NCBI RefSeq assembly: GCF_032116555.1 | Contig: NZ_CP134949.1 | Span: 2,046,001 to 2,110,000, forward strand | Length of the DNA: 64,000 bases | Direction of reading: 5' to 3' | From: Halorarum halobium | GTDB lineage: Archaea; Halobacteriota; Halobacteria; Halobacteriales; Haloferacaceae | Shown: one piece after another, positions 10,707 through 19,972 of the stretch | Position numbering within the stretch: position 1 is the first letter of the stretch | How the letters are laid out: every line of letters begins with the position of its first letter | Notes under the pieces: generated by a model | Seen by the model: only the letters and a program-made list of their open reading frames with translations | Database searches by the model: none | What the model was told of the DNA's origin: nothing | Translations under genes and position numbers: made by a program

Positions 10707-11956
10707 GGCTTCGACTCCTCGGTCAGTTCGCCGGCGAGGTTCCGCCCCATCGCCTCGGCGGGGTTCTCGACGTTGGCGAGCGCCCACATCAGCTTCACCT
10801 TCGCCGTCCCCGGGAGGGTGTCACCCGCCTCCACGACGCCAGCGTCCAGCAGGTCCCGACCGGTGTCGTACACGCGGACACAGACCCGGCCCTCGAGACA
10901 CTGGCTCGTCATGGCGACCGTCGCGCCCCCGTCGACGAGTTCGGCGAGCCGCGGGATGCGATCGGTGTGGACGTGGCCGAGGCCGGTGCCCTCGATCACG
11001 ATGCCGGCCTTGCCGTCGAGGTAGTCGAAGGCGGCGGGGTCCATGCCGGGCGTGAACTTCACGAGTTCCACCGCGGGCTCGAGGTCGGGCGCGATGTGGA
11101 GGGCGCGCTCGCCGCGCTCCGCGTACGTCTTCCCGTCGGCGATGGTGACCGTCTCCGACTCGTAGTCGACGCGGCCGAGCGGTTCCGCCCCGACCGTCTC
11201 GAACGCGTCCCGGCGCGAGGTGTGGTTCTTCCGGACGCGCGTGCCGCGGTGGAGCGCACAGTGGTCGTCCGAGGGGGTCCCGTGCATGCAGACCATCACC
11301 TCGGCGCAGTCGGCCTTGGCGGCCTCGACCGCACAGACCGCGTTCATCACGTTGTCCGAGGAGGGCCGGTCCGCGGAGCGCTGGCTCCCGGTGAACACGA
11401 CGGGAACGGGCGTGTCGAGCATGAACGACAGGGCGGAGGCCGAGTACTGCATCGTGTCGGTGCCGTGCATCACGACGACGCCGTCCGCGCCGGCCTCGAT
11501 CTCCTCGTGGACCGCGCGAGCGAGGTCCGTCCAGATCCCGGGGTCCATGTTCTCCGAGAGGATGTTGGCGACGACGCGCCCGCGGTAGTTCGCCCGGCCG
11601 GCAAGGTCCGGGACGGCCCGGAGCACGTCCTCGGCGTCGAACTGGGCGGTGACCGCGCCGGTGCGGTAGTCGACCGTCGAGGCGATGGTGCCGCCCGTCG
11701 AGATGAGCGAGACGGTCGGCAGGTCCTCGTCGAAGGCGATCTCGGAGGCGTCGCCATCGTCCTCCTCCTCGTCGCCGACGGCGTGTGCGTCGCGTTCGAG
11801 TACGTCGACCGTCGCGTCAGCGCGGGCGATGCCGACGTTGTAGCCGCCCTCGAGCTTCACGACCAGGTGTTCCGCGTCCGAGGAGGGCATGAGGACGCCC
11901 TCGTCCGTCACGTCCGCGTGCGCGACGCGGACGCGGTCTCCGGGGCTCGGTGTCAT
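10697..11956 (-). CDS. gatD: Glu-tRNA(Gln) amidotransferase subunit D
   Basis: KLEGGYNVG N-domain; STGGTIAS, HGTDTM and GSQRSADRPSSD asparaginase-like motifs. Confidence 0.95.
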   Translation of the reverse strand: MTPSPGDRVRVAHADVTDEGVLMPSSDAEHLVVKLEGGYNVGIARADATVDVLERDAHAVGDEEEDDGDASEIAFDEDLPTVSLISTGGTIASTVDYRTGAVTAQFDAEDVLRAVPDLAGRANYRGRVVANILSENMDPGIWTDLARAVHEEIEAGADGVVVMHGTDTMQYSASALSFMLDTPVPVVFTGSQRSADRPSSDNVMNAVCAVEAAKADCAEVMVCMHGTPSDDHCALHRGTRVRKNHTSRRDAFETVGAEPLGRVDYESETVTIADGKTYAERGERALHIAPDLEPAVELVKFTPGMDPAAFDYLDGKAGIVIEGTGLGHVHTDRIPRLAELVDGGATVAMTSQCLEGRVCVRVYDTGRDLLDAGVVEAGDTLPGTAKVKLMWALANVENPAEAMGRNLAGELTEESKPWA

Positions 11957-12065
11957 GTCCGGGAGTGGTGCGGCGTCGGACTTCAAACTGCCCTTGTGGG
12001 TGTTCGGGGTCGGACCTGTTCGGGCGACCCGGCTTCATCGGCCGCGTTCGACTGACCGACGGTCG

Positions 12066-12341
12066 CGGTGGCGCGCGGCGGCCGCCCCTCGTGGGCGGCC
12101 AACTCGCGCGAGGGACGAGAAGCGCAGCGAACGAGCGAAGCGAGTGAGTGAGCATCGCAGGAGGCTGGGGAGGGCGAGGTGCGGTGCCGTGCGGTCGCGG
12201 TGCGGCCCGGGTGGGACTGAAAGGGGCCGCGGCTCTCGACGGGGGCGCGGACCGACGAGCACCGCAGGAAGGAGGTCGGAGGCCGAGTGACGAGGAGCAC
12301 AGCGGCCGCACCGAGTCGAGAGCCGCGGGGGCTTTCGAGGC
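12066..12341. repeat. Palindromic intergenic element, copy C (right arm)
   Basis: GGTGGGACTGAAAGGGGCCGCGG and terminal GAGTCGAGAGCCGCGGGGGCTTTCGAGGC match copy D. Confidence 0.8.
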
Positions 12342-12508
12342 AGCCGAAGTGACAACTCAACCATCACGGACGCAGAGTACCGCGGGGGGCTTTCTAGGGA
12401 TGCGGCACTGTAGCGGAACCAGCCAACTTGTCGACAGCCGCGGGGGCATTCGAGGCGATCGAAGCGAGGATCGAGCCTCGGCACCCAAGACACCGAGGCA
12501 TTCGAGGC
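12321..12508 (+). repeat. Four degenerate ~21-bp repeats spaced by 35-37 bp
   Basis: AGCCGCGGGGGCTTTCGAGGC (12321), ACCGCGGGGGGCTTTCTAGGG (12379), AGCCGCGGGGGCATTCGAGGC (12436), ACCGAGGCATTCGAGGC (12492). Confidence 0.75.
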
Positions 12509-12555
12509 GTGCGTCACAACGACCGAACCGAAAACACGACCACTGAGGACCAGCC

Positions 12556-14034
12556 CTAATCCGCGGAGACGCCGAACTTCGCGGCGTTCTCCTCGGCTGC
12601 CGGGGAACTGACCAGCGAGACGCCGACCGTCAACAGGAGGCCGAAGAGCATGCACCAGAGCGCGTAGTCCCACGTGAGATACGTCGCGGGGAGCGGGAGG
12701 AACACGTGGAGGAGGTAGAGGACATGCCCGCCGACGACGCCCGACGCGATCCCCCAGCGGGTCACCCCGCCCCAGTAGAGCGCGAGCAGCACGGGCAGCG
12801 TCAGTTGCGCGTAGCCGCCAAAGGCCGTGTCGCCGAGCGCGACGAGGAAGTTCAGCCCGGTGCCCGCACCGACGAACAGCGAGGCGAGGAACGTCAGCGC
12901 CGCGAACGCCGCGACGCCGACGCGGCCGATCCAGCCCTCGCGGGCGTCCGAGGCGTCGGGCGCCACGAACGGCCGGTAGAGGTCGCGGGTGAAGTACGAC
13001 GAGCCCGAGAGCAGCATCGAGTCCGAGGAGGACATCATCGCGGCCATCGCGCCCGCGATCACGAGCGCGGCGAACCAGACCGGAGTGTACTCGGTCAGCA
13101 GCGCCGGGATGACGTTGCCGCCCTCGGGAACCTGCACGCCGAGGCCCGCCGCCCACGTCCCGAGCAGGAACGTCGGCACGAACAGCAGCAGGACGAGCAC
13201 CGGCCAGAGCGCGAACGAGCGCTTCAGCGTCGCCGAGTCCCGGGCGATGAAGAACCGCTGGTTCACCTGCGGGAACATCGTCACGCCGAACGCGATGACG
13301 ACGGCCGTCGAGATGACGTACTGGGGGGAGTAGAGCCCGCCGCCCAGCGCGAGGAACTCGGGCCGGTTCGTCGCCAGCGCCGAGGAGACCGAACCCAGCC
13401 CGCCGGCCGCCGAGAGCACCCAGGCGACCGCGACCCAGACGACCCCGAGCATGAACAGCCCCTGGATCGTGTCGGTCCAGGCGACCCCGCGCATCCCCGC
13501 GAGCCCGACGTACAGCACCATGAACACGGTGATGAGCGCCGCGCCCGCCCAGTAGGGGACCGCGCCGTTCGTGAGCCCCGCGATGGCCTGGCCGGCGCCG
13601 ACCTGCTGGAGCATCACGTACGGGAACAGCCACAGGAGGCCGACGACGGCGACCAGCCCGCGAAGCGACTGCGAGCCGAACCGGTCGCCGAGCATCTCGC
13701 CCAGCGTCACGTAGCCGTGTTCCTGCCCGACGAGCCACTGCTTGTAGCCGATGACGTACCAGAGGATCGCGAACAGCACGCCGTCCATCAGCCCCATCAC
13801 GAGGATCCACTCGGGCCCCGCCGAGAACGCGACGTTGGGCCCGCCGAAGAACGTGAACGCCGAGAGCAGCGTGGCGAACGTCGTGAACAGCAGCACGACC
13901 GTCCCGACCGAGCGGCTGGCGAGGTAGTAGTCCTCCGCCGTGCGCTCGGTGAGCCGGTAGGCCAGCAGGCCGATGGCGAGCGCGACGAGCAGGTAGCCGA
14001 TGACGATCCCCAGCGAGACCGCCAGGTCAGCCAC
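12556..14034 (-). CDS. Sodium:solute symporter (SSS) family permease
   Basis: About 13 TMs; SAFTFFGGP, GMRGVAWTD and AAMMSSSDS motifs. Confidence 0.9.
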   Translation of the reverse strand: MADLAVSLGIVIGYLLVALAIGLLAYRLTERTAEDYYLASRSVGTVVLLFTTFATLLSAFTFFGGPNVAFSAGPEWILVMGLMDGVLFAILWYVIGYKQWLVGQEHGYVTLGEMLGDRFGSQSLRGLVAVVGLLWLFPYVMLQQVGAGQAIAGLTNGAVPYWAGAALITVFMVLYVGLAGMRGVAWTDTIQGLFMLGVVWVAVAWVLSAAGGLGSVSSALATNRPEFLALGGGLYSPQYVISTAVVIAFGVTMFPQVNQRFFIARDSATLKRSFALWPVLVLLLFVPTFLLGTWAAGLGVQVPEGGNVIPALLTEYTPVWFAALVIAGAMAAMMSSSDSMLLSGSSYFTRDLYRPFVAPDASDAREGWIGRVGVAAFAALTFLASLFVGAGTGLNFLVALGDTAFGGYAQLTLPVLLALYWGGVTRWGIASGVVGGHVLYLLHVFLPLPATYLTWDYALWCMLFGLLLTVGVSLVSSPAAEENAAKFGVSAD

Positions 14035-14248
14035 GGTCCACCTCGAGGTCGACGCCGCGGTCCCACGCGCCGCGGGTGAAGCCGTAGAACGTCACCGACG
14101 CCACCGCCATCCAGCCGACGTGCCACCAGAGCCAGACGGGAAGCCCGGCGACGGTCGTCGCGTCGCCCCACAGGAACCAGGGCACCGCGAGCGCCACCAG
14201 CACCGCGAACGCGAGTACCCACAGGAAGTCCGTTCGATTACGGGTCAT
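14027..14248 (-). CDS. DUF3311-type small membrane partner of the SSS transporter
   Basis: Two-TM protein with GLPVWLWW, overlapping the symporter start. Confidence 0.8.
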   Translation of the reverse strand: MTRNRTDFLWVLAFAVLVALAVPWFLWGDATTVAGLPVWLWWHVGWMAVASVTFYGFTRGAWDRGVDLEVDRG

Positions 14249-14386
14249 CGAAGCGTGATTGCCGCGTCCACCCCCTAAGTGTTACCCTTCGTTCTCCGTA
14301 TGCCGGTATCGAAGACAAATTTTCTTCAACCTGGCGAGTGTGGTGGAACACTGGCTTTATGCGGCGAACGGCCGGACGTGGGCGTG

Positions 14387-15568
14387 ATGGAGTACGTGCA
14401 GGAGCGCGTCGCGACGCTCCACGAGTTCGACGCGGGGGCCGGGACGGGCCGGGGCTCGGGGGCCGGCGGCGGATCGACGACGGGGGGTTCGGCGACCCCG
14501 GCGGGCACGACCGCGGGCGGGAAGTCGTGGTCGCTGCCGACCGGGCGAACCGCCGTCGTCGTCCCGATGACCGAGCAGGAGTACCCCGGACTCGCCGCCG
14601 AGCGAGTGCTCGGGGAACTGGAGTCGCTCGACCTCGGGCGGGTCGTGGTCCCGCTGCGCGCCTCGCCCGACCGCGTCGGTGCCGTGCGCGACTGGCTCGA
14701 CGGCTTCGACCTGCCGCTGGAGCTCCTCTGGTGTGACGGCCCGCGCCTCGGCGACCTGCTGGCCGACGCCGGCGTCGACGGCGACCGCGGGAAGGGGCGC
14801 GACGTCTGGCTCGCGCTCGGGCGCGCGCTCGCCGAGGACTACGTGGTCGTCCACGACGCGGACACCACCTCCTACTCGCGCGAGTACGTCCGCCGCCTGC
14901 TGTTCCCGCTCGCCCACGGCTACGACTTCTCGAAGGGGTACTACGCCCGCATCGAGGAGGGGAAGCTGTACGGCCGCCTGTTCCGGCTCTTCTACGCACC
15001 GCTGGTTCGCGCGCTCCGGGACGAACACGACGACGCGCTGCTCGCGTACCTCGACTCGTTCCGCTACGCGCTCGCCGGCGAGTTCGCGGCGACGGCCGAG
15101 GTGGCGGCCGCCATGCGCGTCCAGCGAACGTGGGGACTGGAGGTCGGAACCCTCGCGGACGCGTTCGCCACGGCGGGGTTCGACGGGTCGGCACAGGTCG
15201 ACCTGGGGAGCTACGCGCACGACCACCGCGCGGTCTCCGGGCCGACCGGGCTCTCCGACATGAGCGAGTCCGTCGGCGCGGCGCTGCTGCGCGCGGTCGA
15301 GGAGCGGGGCGTCACCCCCGACTACGGGACGCTGCGCGCACGATACCGCTCGGTCGCCGACTCGTTCGTCCGGGCGTACGGCGCGGACGCGGCGTTCAAC
15401 GGGTTCGAGTACGACGCGGCGGGGGAACGTGAACAGATCGAGACGTACGCCGAGGCGGTCGGTCCGCCCCGGGAGGACGCCCGCCTCCCGCCCTGGACCG
15501 ACGCGCCCGTCGACCCCGACGACGTGCTGGCGGCCGCGGCCGAGGACGTCGCCGCGGTCACGACCTGA
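14387..15568 (+). CDS. Glucosyl-3-phosphoglycerate synthase-like GT-A glycosyltransferase
   Basis: MEYVQERVATLH start; GKGRDVW, HDAD, KGYYAR, YGRLFRL, YALAGEF and WGLEVG motifs. Confidence 0.8.
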   Translation: MEYVQERVATLHEFDAGAGTGRGSGAGGGSTTGGSATPAGTTAGGKSWSLPTGRTAVVVPMTEQEYPGLAAERVLGELESLDLGRVVVPLRASPDRVGAVRDWLDGFDLPLELLWCDGPRLGDLLADAGVDGDRGKGRDVWLALGRALAEDYVVVHDADTTSYSREYVRRLLFPLAHGYDFSKGYYARIEEGKLYGRLFRLFYAPLVRALRDEHDDALLAYLDSFRYALAGEFAATAEVAAAMRVQRTWGLEVGTLADAFATAGFDGSAQVDLGSYAHDHRAVSGPTGLSDMSESVGAALLRAVEERGVTPDYGTLRARYRSVADSFVRAYGADAAFNGFEYDAAGEREQIETYAEAVGPPREDARLPPWTDAPVDPDDVLAAAAEDVAAVTT

Positions 15569-15658
15569 CGCCGTTCCCTCTGAGACTCGTGCCGGTCGCG
15601 TGCCGAGAGGCGCGGCCCCGACTGCAACGTTGAAGGGCCACGGTCGCACACTGGGTGC

Positions 15659-16258
15659 ATGGACCTGGACGGGGTCGCCCGCCACTCGCCGGTGACGGTC
15701 GCCGACGCCGAGGAGCGAGCGGCCGTGCTGGCCGCGGTCATCCACCGGAGCGGGGAGCCACACGTCCTGTTCACCAAGCGGGCCGAACACCTCAGCAGCC
15801 ACCCGGGCCAGATGAGTTTCCCCGGCGGCGGCGTCGAGTCGGTGGACGAGGACCTCGAGGCCACGGCGCTCAGGGAGGCCCGCGAGGAGATCGGCCTCGA
15901 GGCGCGCGAGGTCGACGTCGTCGGTCGGCTCGACGACGTGCCGACCGTCTCGGAGTTCGCGGTCACGCCGTTCGTCGGCACCGCACCCGACCGCGAGTAC
16001 CGGCCCAACGACGGGGAGGTCGCGGAGATCGCGCTGCTCGCCGTCTCGGACCTGATCGACCCGGCGAACTACGAGTCCGAGCGGCGCGACCACAGCCACT
16101 ACGGGCCCGTCCGCATCCACTTCTTCCACGTCGACGGCTACACGGTCTGGGGCGCGACCGGCCGGATGCTCGTCCAGTTGCTCGAACTCACCACGGACTG
16201 GCGGATGCCCGCGGAGGTCGACCGCGTCGTCGATCCGGACGCAGACCTGCCGCGGTGA
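15659..16258 (+). CDS. Nudix hydrolase (CoA pyrophosphatase-like)
   Basis: HPGQMSFPGG...ALREAREEIG Nudix box, VWGATG. Confidence 0.9.
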   Translation: MDLDGVARHSPVTVADAEERAAVLAAVIHRSGEPHVLFTKRAEHLSSHPGQMSFPGGGVESVDEDLEATALREAREEIGLEAREVDVVGRLDDVPTVSEFAVTPFVGTAPDREYRPNDGEVAEIALLAVSDLIDPANYESERRDHSHYGPVRIHFFHVDGYTVWGATGRMLVQLLELTTDWRMPAEVDRVVDPDADLPR

Positions 16259-16284
16259 CGGGCAAGCCCGTTCGAAGACGAAGC

Positions 16285-16440
16285 TCAGACGTAGCTCACG
16301 ACCACGAGCGCGCCGAAGAACAGGACGAGAAAGCCGACCAGCACGAGGACCGTCTTGAGCCGGTCGGACTCCACGTAGCCGTCGCCGGGGCGAGCGCCGC
16401 CCTCTCCCCCGTCACCCAGGATGCCGCCGCCGATGTCCAT
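16285..16440 (-). CDS. Small single-TM protein (51 aa, not in ORF track)
   Basis: MDIGGGILGDGGEGGARPGDGYVESDRLKTVLVLVGFLVLFFGALVVVSYV*; TATTTA-like box upstream; paralogue of next ORF. Confidence 0.7.
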   Translation of the reverse strand: MDIGGGILGDGGEGGARPGDGYVESDRLKTVLVLVGFLVLFFGALVVVSYV

Positions 16441-16479
16441 GGACGACCTCCCGACTCGCCGGGTAAATAGCTTCTTCCG

Positions 16480-16632
16480 TTACAGGTAGCTGAGGGCGAC
16501 GAGGAGGAGGAAGAACGCCGCGAGCGCGCCGAACAGCACGAGGATGGAGACGACCCGGCCGGACTGGAGGACGTCGCGGCCGCCGTGCTCGGCGGCGGTG
16601 AGCCGGTCGCCGAGGAGGTTGCTGATGTCCAC
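16480..16632 (-). CDS. Small single-TM protein (50 aa, GTG start)
   Basis: (M)DISNLLGD...LQSGRVVSILVLFGALAAFFLLLVALSYL*; aligns by eye with 16285-16440. Confidence 0.7.
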   Translation of the reverse strand: MDISNLLGDRLTAAEHGGRDVLQSGRVVSILVLFGALAAFFLLLVALSYL

Positions 16633-16941
16633 ATCGCCTGGTCGTCGTTCGTTGCCAAATAGCCGTCGTCCGTGCCCGGTCGTCCCGACCGCCCGCACGG
16701 CCACGTCGAATCTGACGCGGACGCCACGCTTATTGCGGTGACGCGAGTCGACTCTGACATGGCCGCACAGGCGATGGATCGCGTTCCGCGATCGTTCTGA
16801 CCGTTCTCACTCGATGAGTCACGCACAGCACCCCGACAGCGTCGCGTCCGCCGTCGGCGGCGCGGTCGTCGCTCGCGCCGCCAGCGGCGCGGTCGGCGTT
16901 CGCACAGCCGGTGGCCTCAGTGCCGCCCGCGGAGGTCGCCG

Positions 16942-17733
16942 ATGAGGTCCCGCACCGAGCACGGCGACCGTCGCTCCGCCCGGCTGGGACTCGACGGCGT
17001 CGCGCTGAAACCGACCGAGTGCGACGTCTCGGTCGCGCCGGAGCTCCCGTACGACCTCGTCTGTCTCGACTACGAGGGGCGGGAGTCGCTGCCGGCGTTC
17101 GACCTGCTCGCGGAACTGGCGCGGGGAACCGACCTCATGCTGACGATGCCGGTCCGCGCGGACGGCTTCGACCCGCGCGGCGACGACTCGCTGGCCCGGG
17201 CGCTCCCCGAGGGCGTCGGTCGCGTGCTCGTCGCCGGTCACCCCGCGTACCTCTCGGACGAGGAGAAGCGCCGCGCGGTCGCGCCCCGACTCGGGGACGC
17301 CGTCCGCGCGACCGCCGATCCCTGGGTCGGAACCGAGGGAGTCGAGCGTGTCGCGCTCGCCGCGGGCGGGGTCCAGTACGAACTCCTCTCGCGGACCACC
17401 GAGCGCGACCTCCGCGCCCTCCGGGCCGCCGGCTTCGGCGGCGGCCTCGCGGTGTACGCGCCGACGGTTCCGACCGACGACGAGGACGCGATCCTCGACG
17501 CGGTCGGTGCCTACGCGGCCCGCCGGAAGCCGGTCCGGCGAGCGCTGCCCGAGAACGCGGCGACCGACTCGACCGCGACCGGTCGCGCCCGGGAGGTGCT
17601 CTCGAAGGCGGTCCGCGACTTCGCGCTGGTCGGCACGCCCGCGCGGGTCGGTGACCGGGTGGCGGCGCTGAAGGACGCCGGAGCCGACTACGTCGTCGGC
17701 TACCCCGCCGCCGGCGTCGAGACGCTTCGATAG
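16942..17733 (+). CDS. Haloarchaeal luciferase-like (TIM-barrel) hypothetical protein
   Basis: LDGVALKPTECD, PVRADGFDP, VAGHPAYL, WVGTEG and YVVGYPA motifs. Confidence 0.7.
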   Translation: MRSRTEHGDRRSARLGLDGVALKPTECDVSVAPELPYDLVCLDYEGRESLPAFDLLAELARGTDLMLTMPVRADGFDPRGDDSLARALPEGVGRVLVAGHPAYLSDEEKRRAVAPRLGDAVRATADPWVGTEGVERVALAAGGVQYELLSRTTERDLRALRAAGFGGGLAVYAPTVPTDDEDAILDAVGAYAARRKPVRRALPENAATDSTATGRAREVLSKAVRDFALVGTPARVGDRVAALKDAGADYVVGYPAAGVETLR

Positions 17734-17837
17734 GCGTTTGGGGAACCGGGGAGTTTCGAACGTCGCTGCTCGCGTGAGCCTGTCCGCCCGGCCGCGCGCG
17801 GCTGCCAGGAGTCGAGGCCGACGCCGGCCAACCCGGC

Positions 17838-18311
17838 TCAGACCTGCACGACCCACGCCCGGTAGTCCGCCGGCCGCTCGTACACCTCGCGGAACGCCCG
17901 GTCGAGGAAGTCGGCGAGCCGGTTTGCATCCGAGCGCGCCGAGACGCGAACGTTCGTCCCCTCGGCCTCCTGGGGCGACTCCAGTTCGTCGATCCGGAAC
18001 TCGGGATACGCGTCGAGCAGGTCGTTCAGCCGCTCCAGTTCCGCGTCGGTGCAGTCGAGGTTGAACGTCTGCTCGGCGAACTGGATCCACGGCGGGACGC
18101 GTGGCTCCCCGTCGGCGTCCTCGGACCCGGCTCCGTCGTCGCCGCTCGCTTCACCGTCCTCACCCGCCGCGTCGGCCTCGAACCCGGCCACCTGTTCGGG
18201 TTCCCGCACCTCGACCGTGAGGAACGCGCTGCCGCGCGTCCGGTGGGCGGTCACGGCGTCCGCGAACAGCTTTCGCCTGTCGGTCGGGTCGTCCGCGTCG
18301 AAGCGAGTCAT
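17838..18311 (-). CDS. Conserved haloarchaeal hypothetical protein
   Basis: MTRFDADDPTDRRKLF start, acidic, PPWIQF and YRAWV motifs. Confidence 0.75.
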   Translation of the reverse strand: MTRFDADDPTDRRKLFADAVTAHRTRGSAFLTVEVREPEQVAGFEADAAGEDGEASGDDGAGSEDADGEPRVPPWIQFAEQTFNLDCTDAELERLNDLLDAYPEFRIDELESPQEAEGTNVRVSARSDANRLADFLDRAFREVYERPADYRAWVVQV

Positions 18312-18455
18312 GGCTCGACGTACGGTGAAGCGGGGTAAAAACCGGACGCTCCGCGGGGCGGCGGTCGGACCATCGCCCCGCCGTTCCGCCGCTCCGTCCG
18401 GGCAAGCCGGGCGGGATTCAGCACGCCTTTTACCGTGGCGGCGGACGCTGTGTCC

Positions 18456-19082
18456 ATGAGCGATCACCGAATCCTGTTGCTGGGCCCGCCGGGTGCCGGC
18501 AAGGGGACCCAGAGCACGCGCCTCACGGACGAGTACGACCTCGATCACATCACGACCGGCGACGCGCTCCGGGCGAACAAGGAGATGGAGACGGAGTACG
18601 GCACGCCCGGCGAGTACATGGACGCCGGCGAACTCGTCCCCGATCCGGTGGTCAACGAGATCGTCGTGACGGCCCTCGAGGACGCAGACGGCTTCGTCCT
18701 CGACGGCTACCCCCGGAACATCGAGCAGGCGGAGTACCTCTCCGAGCAGACCGACCTCGACGTCGTCGTCTTCCTCGACGTTCCCGGGGAGGAGCTCGTG
18801 GATCGGCTCACGGGTCGTCGCGTCTGTGACGACTGCGGCGCGACCTACCACGTCCGCTTCGACCCGCCCGAGGAGGAGGGCGTCTGTGACGAGTGTGGCG
18901 GCGAACTCGTCCAGCGCGAGGACGACACCGAGGACACCGTCCGCGAGCGCCTGCGCGTCTACCGCGAGAACACCGAACCGGTCGTGGAGCACTACCGGGA
19001 GAAGGGCTCGCTCGTCGAGGTCGACGGCGAAGGCTCGCCCGACGAGGTGTTCGATCGCATCCGCGACGTGATCGAGGGCTGA
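18456..19082 (+). CDS. adk: Adenylate kinase (zinc-lid type)
   Basis: [11 protein letters not shown]-loop, LDGYPR, CxxC...CxxC lid, QREDD. Confidence 0.97.
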   Translation: MSDHRILLLGPPGAGKGTQSTRLTDEYDLDHITTGDALRANKEMETEYGTPGEYMDAGELVPDPVVNEIVVTALEDADGFVLDGYPRNIEQAEYLSEQTDLDVVVFLDVPGEELVDRLTGRRVCDDCGATYHVRFDPPEEEGVCDECGGELVQREDDTEDTVRERLRVYRENTEPVVEHYREKGSLVEVDGEGSPDEVFDRIRDVIEG

Positions 19083-19092
19083 CCCAGGCCGT

Positions 19093-19108
19093 TTTTGGCA
19101 AACCTAAA
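19093..19108. promoter_or_regulatory. TTTAGG-N4-CCTAAA palindrome (DtxR-family-like operator), box 1
   Basis: TTTTGGCAAACCTAAA, 11/12 match, ~30 nt upstream of the GT2 ATG. Confidence 0.7.
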
Positions 19109-19139
19109 CTATCAAGTACGGGGCCACCTACCGGCAGGT

Positions 19140-19943
19140 ATGAACACGAACGCGGCAACCGAGGCCGGTTCCCGGACCGGGGCCGGACACGGAGACGACG
19201 TCGACGCGACCGGTCCCGTCGAGGGAACGCCCCGAGTCGACGGGGCGACCGGCGGCGACGAGTACACGTTCGACGACCTGAGCGTGGTCATGGGCACCTA
19301 CAACGAGGAGGCGGCCATCGAGCACGTGCTGGACGACGTCGACGCCGTCACCGACGGCCGGGCCGAGGTCGTCTGCGTCGACGGCTCCGACGACCGGACG
19401 CCCGACATCGCCCGCGAGCACGGCGCACGGGTCATCGAGCAGGAGCCGCGGGGCTACGGCGTCGCGGTCGAGGCGGCGCTCTCGGCCGCCGAGCGACCGG
19501 TCGTCGTCACCACCGACTGCGACGACACGTACCCGATGGAGGAACTTCCGTCGTTCCTCGCCGCGATCAACGACGGAGCGGACGTCGTCAGCGGCGACCG
19601 CCTCTACTGGGGGGCAGCCGAGATGCCGGCGCTGAACCGGCTCGGCAACCACGCGTTCGCCGCGCTGGCGAGCGTCCTCGCCGGCGAGCGCGTCCACGAC
19701 ACCACCACCGGCATGCGAGCCTACCGCCGCGAGGTGATCGAGGCCATCGACTGGACCGAGAACACGGGGCTCTCGGCGGAACTGCTCGTCCGGCCGCTGA
19801 TGCGCGGCTACGAGGTGACCGAGCGACCGATCCCCTACGACGAGCGCCGCGGCGAGACGAAACTGGATCCGTTCGCCGGCGGCGCGGCCATCGGGAAGTC
19901 CATCCTGACGGTGTGTCTCGAGGAGCGACTCCGACGGTTCTGA
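19140..19943 (+). CDS. GT2 dolichyl-phosphate hexose transferase-like glycosyltransferase
   Basis: GTYNEE, VDGSDD, GYG.A, TTDCDDTY (DxD), DTTTGMRAY and YDERRGETK motifs. Confidence 0.85.
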   Translation: MNTNAATEAGSRTGAGHGDDVDATGPVEGTPRVDGATGGDEYTFDDLSVVMGTYNEEAAIEHVLDDVDAVTDGRAEVVCVDGSDDRTPDIAREHGARVIEQEPRGYGVAVEAALSAAERPVVVTTDCDDTYPMEELPSFLAAINDGADVVSGDRLYWGAAEMPALNRLGNHAFAALASVLAGERVHDTTTGMRAYRREVIEAIDWTENTGLSAELLVRPLMRGYEVTERPIPYDERRGETKLDPFAGGAAIGKSILTVCLEERLRRF

Positions 19944-19972
19944 GTCGGCAGCCCGGGGGAACCAGCTTCGTT

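Noticed and set aside
10697..11956. gatD without adjacent gatE
   Set aside because: The two genes need not be adjacent, so absence from this window is uninformative.
12321..12508. Bona fide CRISPR array
   Set aside because: Repeats are only ~21 bp and degenerate, equal the terminus of a dispersed element, and have no cas genes or AT-rich leader nearby. Kept only as a periodic-repeat finding.
16936..16960. GCCGATGAGGTCCCGC resembling the 5' part of a fluoride riboswitch
   Set aside because: There is no matching downstream pseudoknot segment, and it coincides with a start codon overlap.
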